From contig NW_024704743.1 of assembly GCF_018977255.1 (NCBI RefSeq), positions 101,062,001 through 101,126,000 on the forward strand: 64,000 nucleotides of DNA, in the 5' to 3' direction. The translations under genes and the position numbers were made by a program. Positions 51,144-63,492 of the stretch are shown piece by piece. The DNA comes from Callorhinchus milii (taxonomy: Eukaryota). The notes under the pieces were generated by a model. It saw only the letters and a program-made list of their open reading frames with translations, was not told the origin of the DNA and searched no databases. Position 1 is the first letter of the stretch. Every line of letters begins with the position of its first letter.

Positions 51144-52619
51144 CATCGCCAGGAGTATAAACACAGCATAATTGTACAGCAATGTTATATCACACTGATT
51201 ACGAACCAATAAAGCTCCTCACTAAGTTTTATTTTAGCTCCTTACTCTAACGATGCAGTATGCTGTCACTTCCTTGCACTCAATAAATGAATTTCTAACT
51301 AAATTGCTAAATTCAGGTTATATCAACATTCACTCAGTCATGGGCACGAGTGTTATGTGACCCCCAACAGTTGCTTCTTCATTACCAATACTCCATTATG
51401 TAACAGTTTACAACTATAATATACTTTTATGCAGCATTCATCTAGGGTGGCTTTCTCAAAGCACTTCACATACCTGACTTAGAGCCCGAGGTGTGAATAA
51501 ATTTACCGCTTACTCTTCATTTTAACATTTTCAAAATAGACTAAGAAAAAAATTCACCGTGCTTTTACTCTCTTTTGATATACTAGATACGTTTTCAATC
51601 CACCTCTTAACATGCAAACTATTCCCCAGTACAGAATCTAAAACATGAAGGTTTCAAATGGGATTCCTTAGTAAGAACTCTTGCGGAGCAAAAGGCGATT
51701 CGCTCCTGGAACTAGAAGCCAACCTGTAGGAAGCAGTTTGCATCAGAGAGGAGTAACCACATATTGTTCACATACTTCTTGTTCCAGAGCAATTGCCACT
51801 CGGAGTCTCTATTAAGGAATCCTGTAAGACCCCAGTCTGTAGCACACAAAAAGGTGACTCAATATGACGTCCTTTCACACAGTGAAAATTTAGAATGTCG
51901 AGTTAAAGATTTCATCATTGCTCAAGAAAATATATTTGTCTCATGACACACGAATACATAAATAAGAAAAGGCCATTTGGTCCAACAAACCAATTCCTTC
52001 TATACATCCCCACAATTCATGGCTGTTTGTGGGATACTGCAAATGAGCTGCTGCGTTGGCCTACAAATACAGTAAATCCTGTGAAGCGCTTTGAGATGTT
52101 TCATCGGTGTGATAAAGCACTATATCAAACCATTATAATGCATTATTATTACCTCACCTCCAAACTCTAAAGTAAATATCTTATCTCTTTTTTAAGGTTT
52201 GTTTCTCTTTTAATGTGATGGAACACCATTTATGTGTTAAAAATAAAAATAAAATTTGTTTTGTACAAAGCTAATGACGCTGAAGTTTGGTTGACTGACT
52301 GAAACTGTACCAGTTCTCTATAATCTTACACGCACGCATATTTTGTAAGTTGTGGTAAAACTACAACCTTTTGTATAATTTCATTAAAAACAAATTACAT
52401 TTGTATAGCACCTTTCGCATCGGGAAAACATCCCAAGGCGCTGGACAGTAAAGGATTTGCACAATTAACACAATTATTTCACCAATATTCCTATTGTACA
52501 GATAATTAATAATTAACACAAAGGCCTAGGTTCATGCTTGTAAATATCCCATCTGTTAACATAATCACTCACTGAATTAAAATGCTGGTATCGTTTAATG
52601 TGATGACAATAATACTTAC

Positions 52620-52711
52620 TGTGTTGTGATGTTTAAATAAATTCTTTGGGGCTGCCTGGGCCTTGCACACTTTCAGGTAGTTAGACCAGTTAAATTCCTC
52701 TTCTTTACAGT
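52620..52711 (-). CDS. L3MBTL4: exon D, MBT2 arm (DCKEEEFNWSNYLKVCKAQAAPKNLFKHHNT)
   Basis: ttccttcccag| ... ACA|gtaagt; 92 nt, phase 1-0. Confidence 0.95.
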
Positions 52712-52929
52712 CTGGGAAGGAAGTCAGCAGGCAGTCAATACTGTGAGTATAGATAGACAATTTAACTGTTCATATCACGTGTCACGAGACGTTGTATTAT
52801 GGCAAGTAAAAAACAAATATTCCTCTATAAATGCCAGCTAAGTGATGGATGGTTAAGGTTTTTCAGATCTAAGTTGCTCTCCAGTACCCTGTAATGACTA
52901 ATTTTCAATGGGTGGCCATTGGCCCCGAG

Positions 52930-53205
52930 TATTGGCAGGTAACCCAACTATAGACCCTGTCATAGCCCAGCCTGACCTCTTCCCACCTGGCTACCACACA
53001 TGCACACCACCAGTACCAGATGACGTAGAGAGATCAAGAGCAAGAACCCTTGCTGATTTTCTCTCCTAACACGAGGAAGGCCAGGACCAATTTAGCCTCC
53101 CTATGCAGCCCTGCTGAGACCAGCAAACCCAGCAGTGATCAGCAAGCGGATTTGAACCAGTGAACTACTGGTCCATAAGCGGCAGCTCTAACCATTTCAC
53201 CATCT
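52930..53205 (-). mobile_element. LF-SINE-like element
   Basis: gatcaagagcaagaacccttgctgattttctctcc..accaattt..ctgctgagaccagcaaacccagca..ttgaacc. Confidence 0.55.
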
Positions 53206-53267
53206 GGGCTGTCCGTTATTTTCAAAATTATTCTAGTGTTGTAGACATAAACACTTCATCATAAACA

Positions 53268-53601
53268 CTATTTGTGGGACACTGCTGTGCGCAATTGGCT
53301 GCCGCGTTTCGCCCACAAATATACAGTCAATTCACTTTGCAGTATATTCTGTGAAGCGCTTTGAGACGTCTAGAAGATGTGAAAACATAAGAACATAAGA
53401 ATTAGGAGCAGGACTAGGCCATTCGGACCCTCGAGCCCGCCCCGACATTCAATAAGATCATGGCTGATCTATTCTAACTCCACCTACCCACTTTATCCCC
53501 ATATCCCTTAATCCCTTTATCCACAAGAAATCTATCAATCTCAGTCTTGAGATTGATAGATTTATAAGTGCTATATCAAAAACAAGGATTATTATTATTA
53601 T
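53268..53601 (+). mobile_element. SINE 3' half with nested CR1 3' end (~53383-53563, minus)
   Basis: SINE stem-loop split at gatgtga|..|ataagtgct by aacataagaacataagaattaggagcagg.., same family as 14716. Confidence 0.88.
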
Positions 53602-53772
53602 TCATCACTTGCAGAAGCTGCTGTCATTAAGATTAAAGTATTATGTCTTTGAATAATCACAAATACAAGTGTGTTCCTGCAACCGCATATTGCAATGTAT
53701 TTTCTGTTCTCTGATAACATGGATTTAAGCACTTTAATAATCCTAGCAATATCTGTGTGAGATATTTCAGAC

Positions 53773-53908
53773 CTTTAGGTGGGTATAATTTCCGGTTCGT
53801 CTTCTCACACCATCCTACAGGATGGATATCAGGTGAGTCAATGTTGATCCAGAAGTCAAAGCACTCAGAATATCCGTCAAAATGAAGCCTCAAACGATAA
53901 CCACACAC
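53773..53908 (-). CDS. L3MBTL4: exon C, MBT1 (VCGYRLRLHFDGYSECFDFWINIDSPDIHPVGWCEKTNRKLYPPK)
   Basis: HFDG..DFW..IHPVGWC motif; acceptor ccccttgag| (rare GAG), donor AAG|gtctga; 136 nt, phase 0-1. Confidence 0.93.
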
Positions 53909-54004
53909 CTCAAGGGGAAAGACGGTACACACTGAATTAATGGTAAAGTAACAATGTGAAAGAAATCATTGACATTTGCAAGTTGTACTATTATATATTA
54001 AACC

Positions 54005-54417
54005 CAGGGGGTTTCCAAACTTTGTGGGCTCAATACCTTCTGACTGAGGAACCCCCCGCTACACAATATATCCATATAAATTGAGTATCTTACTTTAATT
54101 GTCCACAGCATTATGAAGAATTAAAGAAAATAAATAAAAATAATAAACAATGTTAATGCAGATATCATACATATGGGTTCTGTTTGGCTAATGAGTAAGG
54201 CTTATCTCAGCTCACCCACAATTGGCAACATCTAACCCGCAAGTAATTCCCAGAGTGGTGGGGGCTGTGATTGCTCTGCACAGAGCAAGCATTCCAGCCG
54301 TCAGGAAGGTTTGTTCCAGTTACCGCCTTGTACACCCCAGACCTCGAGCCCCCCCCTCCCACCCGACCGCTGAAACCATCTCGCAGCCCCCCCATCCCCA
54401 CCGTTTGGGAACCAATG
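54005..54417. mobile_element. hAT (Charlie-like) non-autonomous DNA element
   Basis: cagggggtttccaaacttt ... gtttgggaaccaatg termini; flanks tattaaac / tattaaaa resemble an 8-bp TSD. Confidence 0.6.
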
Positions 54418-54504
54418 TATTAAAAAATAGTTAGTATTTCCCTGGTTAAAAAAAAACCCATGTGTGTTTTTTCAAGGACAAGCGGAGGTCAGGTTTAATA
54501 GTAC

Positions 54505-54945
54505 AAATCCTTGCATTTAATACAGCGCCTTAATAAGTCGTATAGACGTCCTTCAGGCTTCTTTATCATTGTGAATTTGGCTGTTTTTTTACTTTAGTGA
54601 AAACCAATAATAATAGTCGTTGCATTTGATACAGTGCCTGTAGCCATGGATTGAGTGACCAAATTACCAAATTAATTATTATTATTATTGGAAGGATTAT
54701 TACACCGGGAAAGCGATCCGCCAATCGACTAAATATATTTTCAGAATATACTTCAAAATCCCCGAAATAAAATTGTTCATTTACTTCATGGCTATTTGTA
54801 GGACATTGCTGTGCACAAATTGGCTGCCATGTTCACCTAAAAAGTGCAGTCACTACATTTTACAGAAAATCTTGTGAAGCATTCTGAGTTATCCTCCTGA
54901 CGTGATAGACTCCTTATCAAATGCAAGTATTATTTTATTATTATA
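54505..54945. mobile_element. cluster of three SINE fragments (-, -, +)
   Basis: Tails at ~54505, ~54606 and ~54940. Confidence 0.65.
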
Positions 54946-55538
54946 ATAAAACAGGCAATGGTTATAGCGCCATTTGAATGTTACAGACAATTTCTCAAAA
55001 TCAAAGACAGAATGGTTATACAGAGGAATAGCAGCTCTCTCAAAATTTATTTCAAGTGACTTTTCTTAATATGTAACTATTAAATGTCTACTTCCAGGAG
55101 GTTTTTACCAGGAGGATGCTAAAAATTATATCCCTGCCCCCAACACCCAGAACACCGGCTTGAATTTCAGGATTCACATAAATCAGTAACTATTTCAATT
55201 GATGTTTCAGTAACTGTTGAAGTTGCATTAGCCTACATCAACAAATTCAATAACAGTTACAAATAGAGCCACTAATTCCCTAAATTTCGGGAATCATGCA
55301 GAATAGCCCTCGTGAATTCTGAAGACACCTGTCTTCCTATCCATCTCTAATCCTCCTCTCAATGTATAAATAGCTCTTTCTGTGGCCTTTGTACACTCCC
55401 AATTTTGCAATATTGTTTTGAAGAATCAACACAGTTAATAAGAGCAGATAAGGGGAGCAAAAATCCAGGTTATACATCAATCCTTCAAACAAAATAGACA
55501 AGTTAACAAATCAAAGATATTCATCAACAAAACCTTAC

Positions 55539-55643
55539 CTCTGACACTGACACCACACAAAACATGGACGGGTGGCGTGGGTCAACACCCTCTAACCTCA
55601 TTCCTACTTTAAACCCATTTTTAATCTGTAGAAACGTTTGGAA
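55539..55643 (-). CDS. L3MBTL4: exon B, MBT1 (FQTFLQIKNGFKVGMRLEGVDPRHPSMFCVVSVSE)
   Basis: tttcatttcag| ... GAG|gtaagg; 105 nt, phase 0-0; GFxVGMxLExVD motif. Confidence 0.95.
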
Positions 55644-55849
55644 CTGAAATGAAAAAAAAACATTGTTAGTGTTTCTGAGCAATAGGGGTTCTACATTAAA
55701 CACAACAGTGCAACTTCCCCTCTTCCCTTTATCTTGAGCATGAAGGGCATTACATAAATACAAGTTTTTGTTGTTGTTGAATCGTATTATCATACAATCT
55801 TCACTAACTGGAGGCTGAATACCAATACTAGAACTCGCAATGTGGTTCC

Positions 55850-56085
55850 CACAACAACTTGTATTTATATAGCTCCCCTCAAGCAGGGCAGTGTCCCAGA
55901 GCATTTGACAGCGGCGGAGCACGATGCTGAGCCAGAGGGAAGGGGGAGGTGACCATAGGCATGGTCGAAGAGGAGAGTCGTCAGGCTCGACCTGAAGATG
56001 GGTAAGGAGGGGACAAGGTGGAGGGATAGAGGAAAAGTGTTCCAGTTTCGGGGTGTGGTGGCTAAATGCATGGCCACCAAAGGTG
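55850..56085 (-). mobile_element. L2 3' end
   Basis: TFGGHAFSHHTPKL / WNTFPLSLHL..LFDHAYG; tail atataaatacaagttgttg; similar to 7120-7314. Confidence 0.8.
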
Positions 56086-57030
56086 GAACAGAAGATTCGA
56101 GGGGTCTGTGTCTCATTAGCAGTTTTAACATCTTCATGGCACATCTGCATTTCTCAGTGCTCGAATATTTTAAAAATTCACTGAAAATAGCAGTCAGTCG
56201 TTGGTGTGAACATCCCCTCCCCTGACTCCAAAATGGTCTAGCCAAAGCCTACAGTTATTCTTGTTGGTTAGCGAAACATTAGTGGCTGCTGTTGTTGCTG
56301 CCCAGAGTCTCAGTACCATGTCACAGGCACTGACTTAATTTTGCAACATCTGCATCACGTCACACATGCACAATAAAAGCTGGTTAATTTGTATGCTACT
56401 GAGGAGCATTGATGAAGGCTGTATTCCTCTTGAAACAATATGGCTGCACATAATGAAGCTTCTTTTCCTACTAGATCAGAAAAATAAATTCGACACAGCT
56501 TTTAGCTACACCTTAACAGTGCTTGCAATGAGTGCAAACTTCCTCCACTAACTCTGTTCTCTATTAAGGATGCAAAACAGCCCCCATAGCGTGAAGCATT
56601 TTGACGTGGTTTGCTTTTACTAAATACGAGTACTTTATAATTATTCAAAAAAATAAATTAGCATGTAGTACCCCCCTTGATATAATTTGTATTGTATAAT
56701 GACATTGCTATTTTTCAATAATCACACGTGAATTGAACTCTGTAGATTGGATTAAAAATTATATTTGTATCATAATGAGGGATAATGCAGCCCTGGCGTT
56801 CCAAATCAAAGAATAAACACAACTATACAACAAGAAAAAGGTGGCTGCAAGATCATTTTAAATTTGACTTACATTGGTTATTTGTAGTTTTAAAATATAG
56901 AAAAATAAATAGCAATCTAGGTTATTCTCAGCTTTTTAAATTGGTAATAAAATATCTTGATGCGTCATCAGATTTCCTGTACTTTGTGATGAGATTCATA
57001 AATTACTTTCATGTTCAGTGCAACAACAAG

Positions 57031-57660
57031 ATTCAACAAGATTACATTTGCATAGCACCTTCCACATCAGGAGAACGTCCCAAGGTGCTGGACAGTGTAC
57101 AGAATTTCAGACCCGAGCTGGAGTCAGGGGGGAGAAAGGAGGGGAGGGGAAGGGGGGTGACCAATGGCATGGTCGAAGAGGAGGGTTTTGAGGCTGGTCT
57201 TGAAGGAGGCTAAGGAGGGGGCGAGGCGGAGTGATTGGGGGATGGAGTTCCAGAGGTTGGGGGCAGAGTGGTTGAAGGCTCTCCTGCCAATGGTGGGGTG
57301 GGTGGGTCGGGGGACATGGAGCAGGCCGGAGCCGGTTGAGCGGGCGGGTTGATAGGGGGTTAGGAGGTCACAGAGATAGAGTGGGACGAGACCATTGAGG
57401 GCTTTGTAGGTGAGGACCAGGATTTTGAACTGGATCCTCTGAAGGATAGGGAGCCAATGGAGTTGGGCAAGAATGGGGGTCATGGAGTTTGGTGCGGGAG
57501 AGGACACGGGCTGCAGAGTTCTGGATTATCTGCAGCCTGTGGAGGGAGGAGTTGGGAAGGCTGACAAGCAGGCCGTTTGCATAGTCGAGCCTGGAGGTGA
57601 TGAAGGCATGAACAAGAGTTTCAGTGGCCTAAGGGGTGAGGTAGTGGCGCAGTCAGGCGA
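57031..57660 (-). mobile_element. L2 LINE 3' fragment
   Basis: TPILAQLHWLPILQRIQFKILVLTYKALNG..GRRAFNHSAPNLWNSIP..FKTSLKTLLF. Confidence 0.92.
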
Positions 57661-57862
57661 GCAAGCATTCAATCAACAATATCGTAAACCATTAACTTCA
57701 TAGTTATGGCTTTTTCACAAAAAATAGCTATACCAGTGCTGGCCAAACTGTGGCCCATGGGGCCATCAAGAAACAGCCCTCGAACATTCACACAAGTCTA
57801 GTTAAGGCGTGTCCAACCATTAGTATTTTTTGAATATTTCTTGATTTATTTGTTGGAGAGGA

Positions 57863-58124
57863 AGCCCCTAGGCTCTGGAACTCCATCCCCCAGTACCTTC
57901 GCCTTGCTTTCTCCCTTTCCTCCTTCAAGGCCGGTCTCAAGACCTTTCTCTTCGACCGTGCCTTCAGCTCCCCTCTCGACTCTCTACCCCCTCCTCGCTC
58001 CTTCCCTTCCCTCCCCTCACCCTGACCATTTCCCCCTTGCTCGGGTCCCTACCCAACTGTCCAGCGCCTTGGGACGTCCTACCGACGTGAAAGGCGCTCA
58101 ATAAATGAAATCTTGTTGTTGTTG
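57863..58124 (+). mobile_element. short L2 3' copy
   Basis: Closely matches 9453-9717. Confidence 0.9.
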
Positions 58125-59042
58125 ATTTAAGGGATAAATCAAGGCATTTAAGAAATATTCAAACAAGAAAAAACTATTTTGTTGGCCACCATTGGTTTAT
58201 ACCAACAACACATTTTTGATGCTTAAATGTTTCTCCTGCATGTCATTTGTTACACCATAATCCAAAAGGATATTATAACAACAATAATCTGTATATTTGG
58301 GACAGTGCTTTTCTCATCAGGAAGACCTCTCAAAGCATTTTGCAGGATATAATGGAAAGTGTGTATTTTGCAGGCAAACATGGCAGCCAAATTTGTGCAC
58401 ATCAATGTCCCACAAACAACAATGAGCAATTTTATTTGGGGAATTGTTGGCTAGGATGGTAAGGATATAAGTATCATTCTCTTCAACCTTTGAAAGAAGT
58501 TGTACTCCCATCTTCAAACAAGATATTGACTACATGCCATGAGGAGACATCAATTCTTATTCCCAGGTAATATGATTTCCTCCATCCACTGTATAAAAGG
58601 CTTCTTTCTTGTCTATGTTATTAGTTTGTGACTAAAGGGAAACAAAATAATGTTGCAGTGCTCAGCAATAGCACTGAAATCTCTGCAGTAAAAATTGAAA
58701 ACACCCTCAGGCCAGAACATAGTGGAAAGACAAAAAAAATGCTAGGTCAACAAGAAGATTTGTTGGCAGTGGTTAAAATTCTTTCAAGGAATGAAGACTA
58801 TGATGGTGAGTGCTGCAAATTTAACCTTCATATAGAAATAGGGCTACAACAAAGAAACTGGAACTACTGGAGAGACTCGGAAGTCCCACTTCTTCTGACA
58901 CATAGTGGCCCAAGTGTAAGTCTTTCTGAACCACCAAGGTAATAAAGATAACAAATCATTCAAATTATCTTTGAGCCAAGGTACCATATGGAATTTTGTG
59001 TATTTTGCCTCAAGCGATGCCGTGTAAGTGCAGTGAGCTCTG

Positions 59043-59351
59043 AACAACAACAACAACAAGATTCCATTTATAAAGCGCCTTTCATGTCAGGAGGACGTCC
59101 CAAGGCGCTGCACAGTTGGGTCATGACCCGAGCAGGGGGGAAATGGTCAGGGTGAGGGGAGGGAAGGGAGGGAGCGAGGAGGGGGGAAAATGGTCAGGGG
59201 GAGGGAAGGGAGGGAGCGAGGAGGTGGAAGAGAGTCGAGAGGGGAGCTGAAGGCACGGTCAAAGAGAAAGGTTTTGAGACCGGCCTTGAAGGAGGAAAGG
59301 GAGGAAGCAAGGCGAAGGCACTGGGGGATGGAGTTCCAGAGCCTAGGGGCT
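59043..59351 (-). mobile_element. short L2 3' copy with internal tandem duplication
   Basis: Inverted relative to 57863-58124, same 5' end. Confidence 0.9.
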
Positions 59352-59439
59352 AAACATCACTGATACAGTCCACTACCTGATTTGTTAACTTGTATTCAAT
59401 AATTATATTACCTGAAGTAATCAATACAGTAAAAATATT

Positions 59440-60160
59440 TGATAACAACAATTTCTATAGCCCACTTACACACAGGGAGAATATCTTAAAGTGCTTTACA
59501 AGAGACAGAAGGAGATAAATAGGGTGGGGGAGGTGGACAAGGTGCAGTCAAAGACAAGTTTTGAAGGCTGAGTGGGAGGAGGCAATCTAAAGGCATTTGG
59601 CAAGTGAGTTTTAGAGGATTGTGGCAAAGTGGCCAAGAGTCATGAAGTAGGCTAGAGTTGGTTAATCAGAGGGAGAGGCCAGGGGAATAGGACTACAGGA
59701 GATCTGAAAGTAAGGACTGAGGATCTGAAAGTTGATCTGCTGGGAGATAGGGAGCCAGTGGAGATGCACGAGCATAGGGATAACAGGCCCTGGAATCTGA
59801 TGCAGTAAAGTATGAAGGCTGGTCTACAGCATGTGCAGTGAAGCTCGTGAAATCAGTAAGCAGGGCATTTAAAAAGTCGCGACTGCAGGTGACAAAGGTG
59901 TGGATGAGAGTTTTAGCTGCGTTGGGGGTAAGGTAGTAGTTTGGAATTGTAACCGTCAGTTTCAGGGCAGAGACAGGATTTTTTCTTCACTTGGAGGATA
60001 ATCGATGACTGGAACAAGTGAGGTGGTTGAGGTCAGGACACCAAACTCATTTAAAATCAGCTTGATGCTCTGATTGGGGGGGGGGGGGGGGGGGGTGCTG
60101 GAAGGATGAAATTGGCTGAGCCAAAGAGCCTTCTTCATCCAAATAAATGTTGTGATCTTG
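59440..60160. mobile_element. degraded L2 (-, ~59440-59935) followed by CR1 3' end (+, ~59940-60160)
   Basis: gggagccagtggag (antisense LHWLP) in the L2 part; ttttcttcac..tggaacaag..gtggttgagg in the CR1 part. Confidence 0.55.
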
Positions 60161-61189
60161 TGAACCTCCTTGCATTTGGCGTTTAGTATGGAGGAGAGGG
60201 GAGCGTGGCAGGTAGTTGTGGTGGAGAAGAGGCCTTCTAAAATGATCCTGGATTAGAAACAGGAGTTGGGCAGCTATGAACTATTTTCACAGTTTTAAGA
60301 TTTTAATGAGTGGAGGTGATGCCTAAGGAGGTTTCCAATACCTCCAAAAGTGGTCTTCATCAGCCTTAAAGGCAACAGCACTCAGAACAGCAACGTAAAA
60401 GTCCTCTTTGCTGCCATCTATAATGCCCTGGCCACCATTTTATCTGGTTTTCTGGACTGGGCTGATATAAACAGGGCCTGAATTAAATGCCCCCCCCAAA
60501 ATATCCACTTGAGTGAGAATGAGCCTGAATCCAGCTTCACGAACAGCTTTAGAACTGCATTATTGTATGAATAGCTTTGGCATTCGAATACTGTACTTAA
60601 ATCTACTCAGCTGTTTCTCCCAGTATTTTACTCCTCTTCACATTTCTATGAATTTCTGTTTTTTATTTTTTAAAAAAATAATTTCTTGTTCTTTCCCTGC
60701 ACATTTATTTTTCATCTCAATTGCTAGATTTGTCTGAGAGATCACAATAAGAGAGCTAAGCAAGACAACATTGTAGCATGCTACAATCTCTGATGAATAT
60801 TAAGTAAGGAATTCATAATCACTGTTGCTTCCAATGTGCAGCAGAAAAGGTATAATTAGAAGTTCTCCATTTTCTCCATCTGTACAAGAAGATATTTTTC
60901 AACTTATAACTGCCTTGCATTGAACAACATTGTGTTGCTTCAAATAGAATATGTTGGTTCACTGCTATTTTGACTTGTATGACTAACAAAGGGTGTTCAA
61001 GCTTATTTTATATAAAACATAGGAGAAAAAAAAGCAAAAAATATACATTCTGTGGATTTTCTTTTTAACAATTTCAAATTCAGGCTTATTACATGCAATA
61101 AGGTGGGCTGTTTCCGAACCTCCACCCATTACATTTTTGTTCTTAGAAATATGGCCAAAGCAGCCCCAATGAGAGGCTGCAGGGATAGC

Positions 61190-61300
61190 GCTTGCTGCTG
61201 AGTTTGTGGTCTCAGCTGAGGTTACTTAGGAAGGCTAAACTGTCTCTGATCGCCTCAAGGTTAGAGAGTGGGGGATATTTATACAGGGCTCTTCACACCT
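61190..61300 (+). mobile_element. LF-SINE-like fragment
   Basis: ctgctgagtttgtggtctcagctgagg..aggctaaactg..aggttagagagtgggg is the reverse complement of motifs at 53060-53135. Confidence 0.45.
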
Positions 61301-62679
61301 CAATGTAAATACATTAGAATGAATTCAGTGCAGTTACAATCAGGACTAATGTACAAAAAAATTAATTGTACATCTCTTATATTTATTTTCTGTTCAGTTA
61401 ATTATATATGTATATATATATAAAATATACTGCATGACAGCATTTGAATCAGCTAGTGTTATTTTTAGAGAGGGACTTTTTCCAATCTAAATATACTTCA
61501 AAACTGCAGAACATTTTCTAAGGGTCAATTTAGAGTTGTAAAAAGTGAAAAGTTCCTACTTTAAAAGAAAGTTCTGAGTATGTATTTTGGTGACTAACCA
61601 TGGCATTACTGCTCAGACTATAGGGCAGCCAGGCAGCCTATACCAGTTAGAAGCTCCACAGAAACACGTACAATCGAGTGACATACTCTGAGCTGCTTGC
61701 CAGAGTCCTTGCGTCCAAACTGAGCAGTGTCTTGGCACCACTTAACCCACCCTGCTGCTTGCTTAGTTGAGTTTGGGACCTCAGTGTAGAGAACAGGAGT
61801 AAAAGCTCTACAAAATCCAACCCCAAGTGAAGGGCTCCATATAAATGCAAGTTGTTGTTGTTGTAAAATCCTGTGCCCTACCATTCTACTGTTCCAAAAC
61901 TGTGAATTTACTCTTTTTGCTTCCTTCACTGGATGCAAACTTTCTCATCTTTTAAAAAAAGAAACCAATCTATTCAAGCATTGGCAACAAACCAACTACT
62001 AATCAAACGGACTAGGTTTTGCATTACAGTGTTTGATTTGGCCCGTGTTAGTTTTAGTGAGAGCCTCTTTCAATCTAAATATACTTCAAAGGTGCAGAAA
62101 ATTTTCCAATGGTTGAAATAACATTAAATTTCCATATTTTCCACTCTTCTGCAAATAGTAAAAAAAATGATTTTTGTACTCATATGGCCCACACAGATAG
62201 GATTGCTTATACAAAAACAATTCTGGTTACATCTCCGCACTTGAATTTCAATCGATGCTGCATGCTCTCCTAGACTTTATTTGCTACATGACTGCTGGTT
62301 CCTATGGAAACCTGGAGAGTGATTATCTAAGAATCATCTGCGAATGCGTAACAGCACAGAAGTTTCAGCTGTGAGTCTCCAATCACAATAATGTAAAATG
62401 ACAGTGTTGGATCATCCTTACCACATTACTCTTGTTAAAATAAACCTAGGATTAGATGGAGTTGTGGAGTGGGAAAATGAGGAAGACTTTTGTAAAGCTC
62501 ACTGAAACCTTAAAAAATGTTACGAATGAAAATATTTAAGGTGCAATCAGGCGGGTTTTAAAACAGTGGCCTGATAACTGTGCCTCCAAACTCACAACAT
62601 GACAAAACAATGAGGCCCCATTCAGTGCACCTCACAAAAAACTCCAGACCTGATAGGTTGTTAACCAGTCAGTCAGAGG

Positions 62680-62870
62680 CACACGTGCCTTTCAGGTTGG
62701 GAGGACATCTCAAAGGGCTTCACAGGATTTACTGTAAAGTGTAGTGACCGTGTATTTTGTAGGTGAGAACACAGCAACCAATTTGCTCACAGCAATGTCT
62801 CACAAACAGCCATGAAGTGAATGATCAGTTTTGTTTAGGGGATAGTTGAGCAGGACGCAGAGAAACTCGC
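62680..62870 (-). mobile_element. Deu-SINE 3' fragment
   Basis: ctcaaagggcttcacaggatttactgtaaagtgtagtgac..cacaaacagccatgaagtgaatga. Confidence 0.75.
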
Positions 62871-62992
62871 TTCTCAATATTCTCAGCTTCTGTAGAACAG
62901 TATAGTTTGATTTACAAGAATAACAAGTAGACTTTTAACATCATCTCCAAAAAGACAATTTATTAAGGAACCTGAAACTCAAATATTTCTAC

Positions 62993-63087
62993 CTCTTTAA
63001 ACAGTTTGGTGGGTGCTGCAATCGCCTTTTCTTCCTCTAGATACTGTACCCAGGACCATGCCTTCTTGTTTCCAGAAAGTGATGCTG
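62993..63087 (-). CDS. L3MBTL4: L3MBTL4-like exon A, start of MBT1 (ASLSGNKKAWSWVQYLEEEKAIAAPTKLFKE)
   Basis: Polypyrimidine tract + TAG acceptor (tandem TAGCAG), donor GAG|GTAGAA; WSWxxYLEE..AAPxxLF MBT arm motif; 95 nt, phase 1-0. Confidence 0.93.
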
Positions 63088-63204
63088 CTAAAAAGAAAAG
63101 AAAATATATTGAAATCCAACAATGCACAGAAAATACAGAAAAATGAAGCTCAACCTGGAAAAAAGATACACGCACACAAAAAACAAGAAAATATAGTTAT
63201 ACAA

Positions 63205-63492
63205 AATAATACTTGCATTTGATATGGCGTCTTATCACGTCTTCGAGACGTTTTAAAGCGCTTCATTGAACACACTGTAAAGTGAATTGACTATATTTTG
63301 TGGGGGAAACGCGGCAGCCAATTGTGTGCAGCAGTCTCCTACAAACAGTCGTGAATTCTGCAACCAGTTTCTTTTAATGGATTATTACCCCTGGAAAAGC
63401 GATCCGCCAATCACTAACAACCGGGTTCCTACTTACTGCTAGGTAAACAGAGGCGTGTGGAGTAAGGAAACATGCCTAAGGTTTCGCCCTGC
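63205..63492 (-). mobile_element. tRNA-SINE long subfamily, head truncated
   Basis: Reverse complement of the 23407 family from gcagggcgaaacc to the tail. Confidence 0.85.

Larger units (their letters stand above)
7836..63087 (-). other. L3MBTL4: Span of partial L3MBTL4-like gene (13 internal coding exons; both ends outside window)
   Basis: 13 exons splice in one open frame (1521 nt) giving 3 MBT repeats + 2 CCHHC fingers. Peptides that resemble human L3MBTL4 as recalled: GMRLEGVDPRHPS, IVDVDDQRIK, SAFGCPYSEINMKKELTLQDRL, AKYLKMKEEEDDIDL. Family is certain; paralog assignment is likely. Confidence 0.85.
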
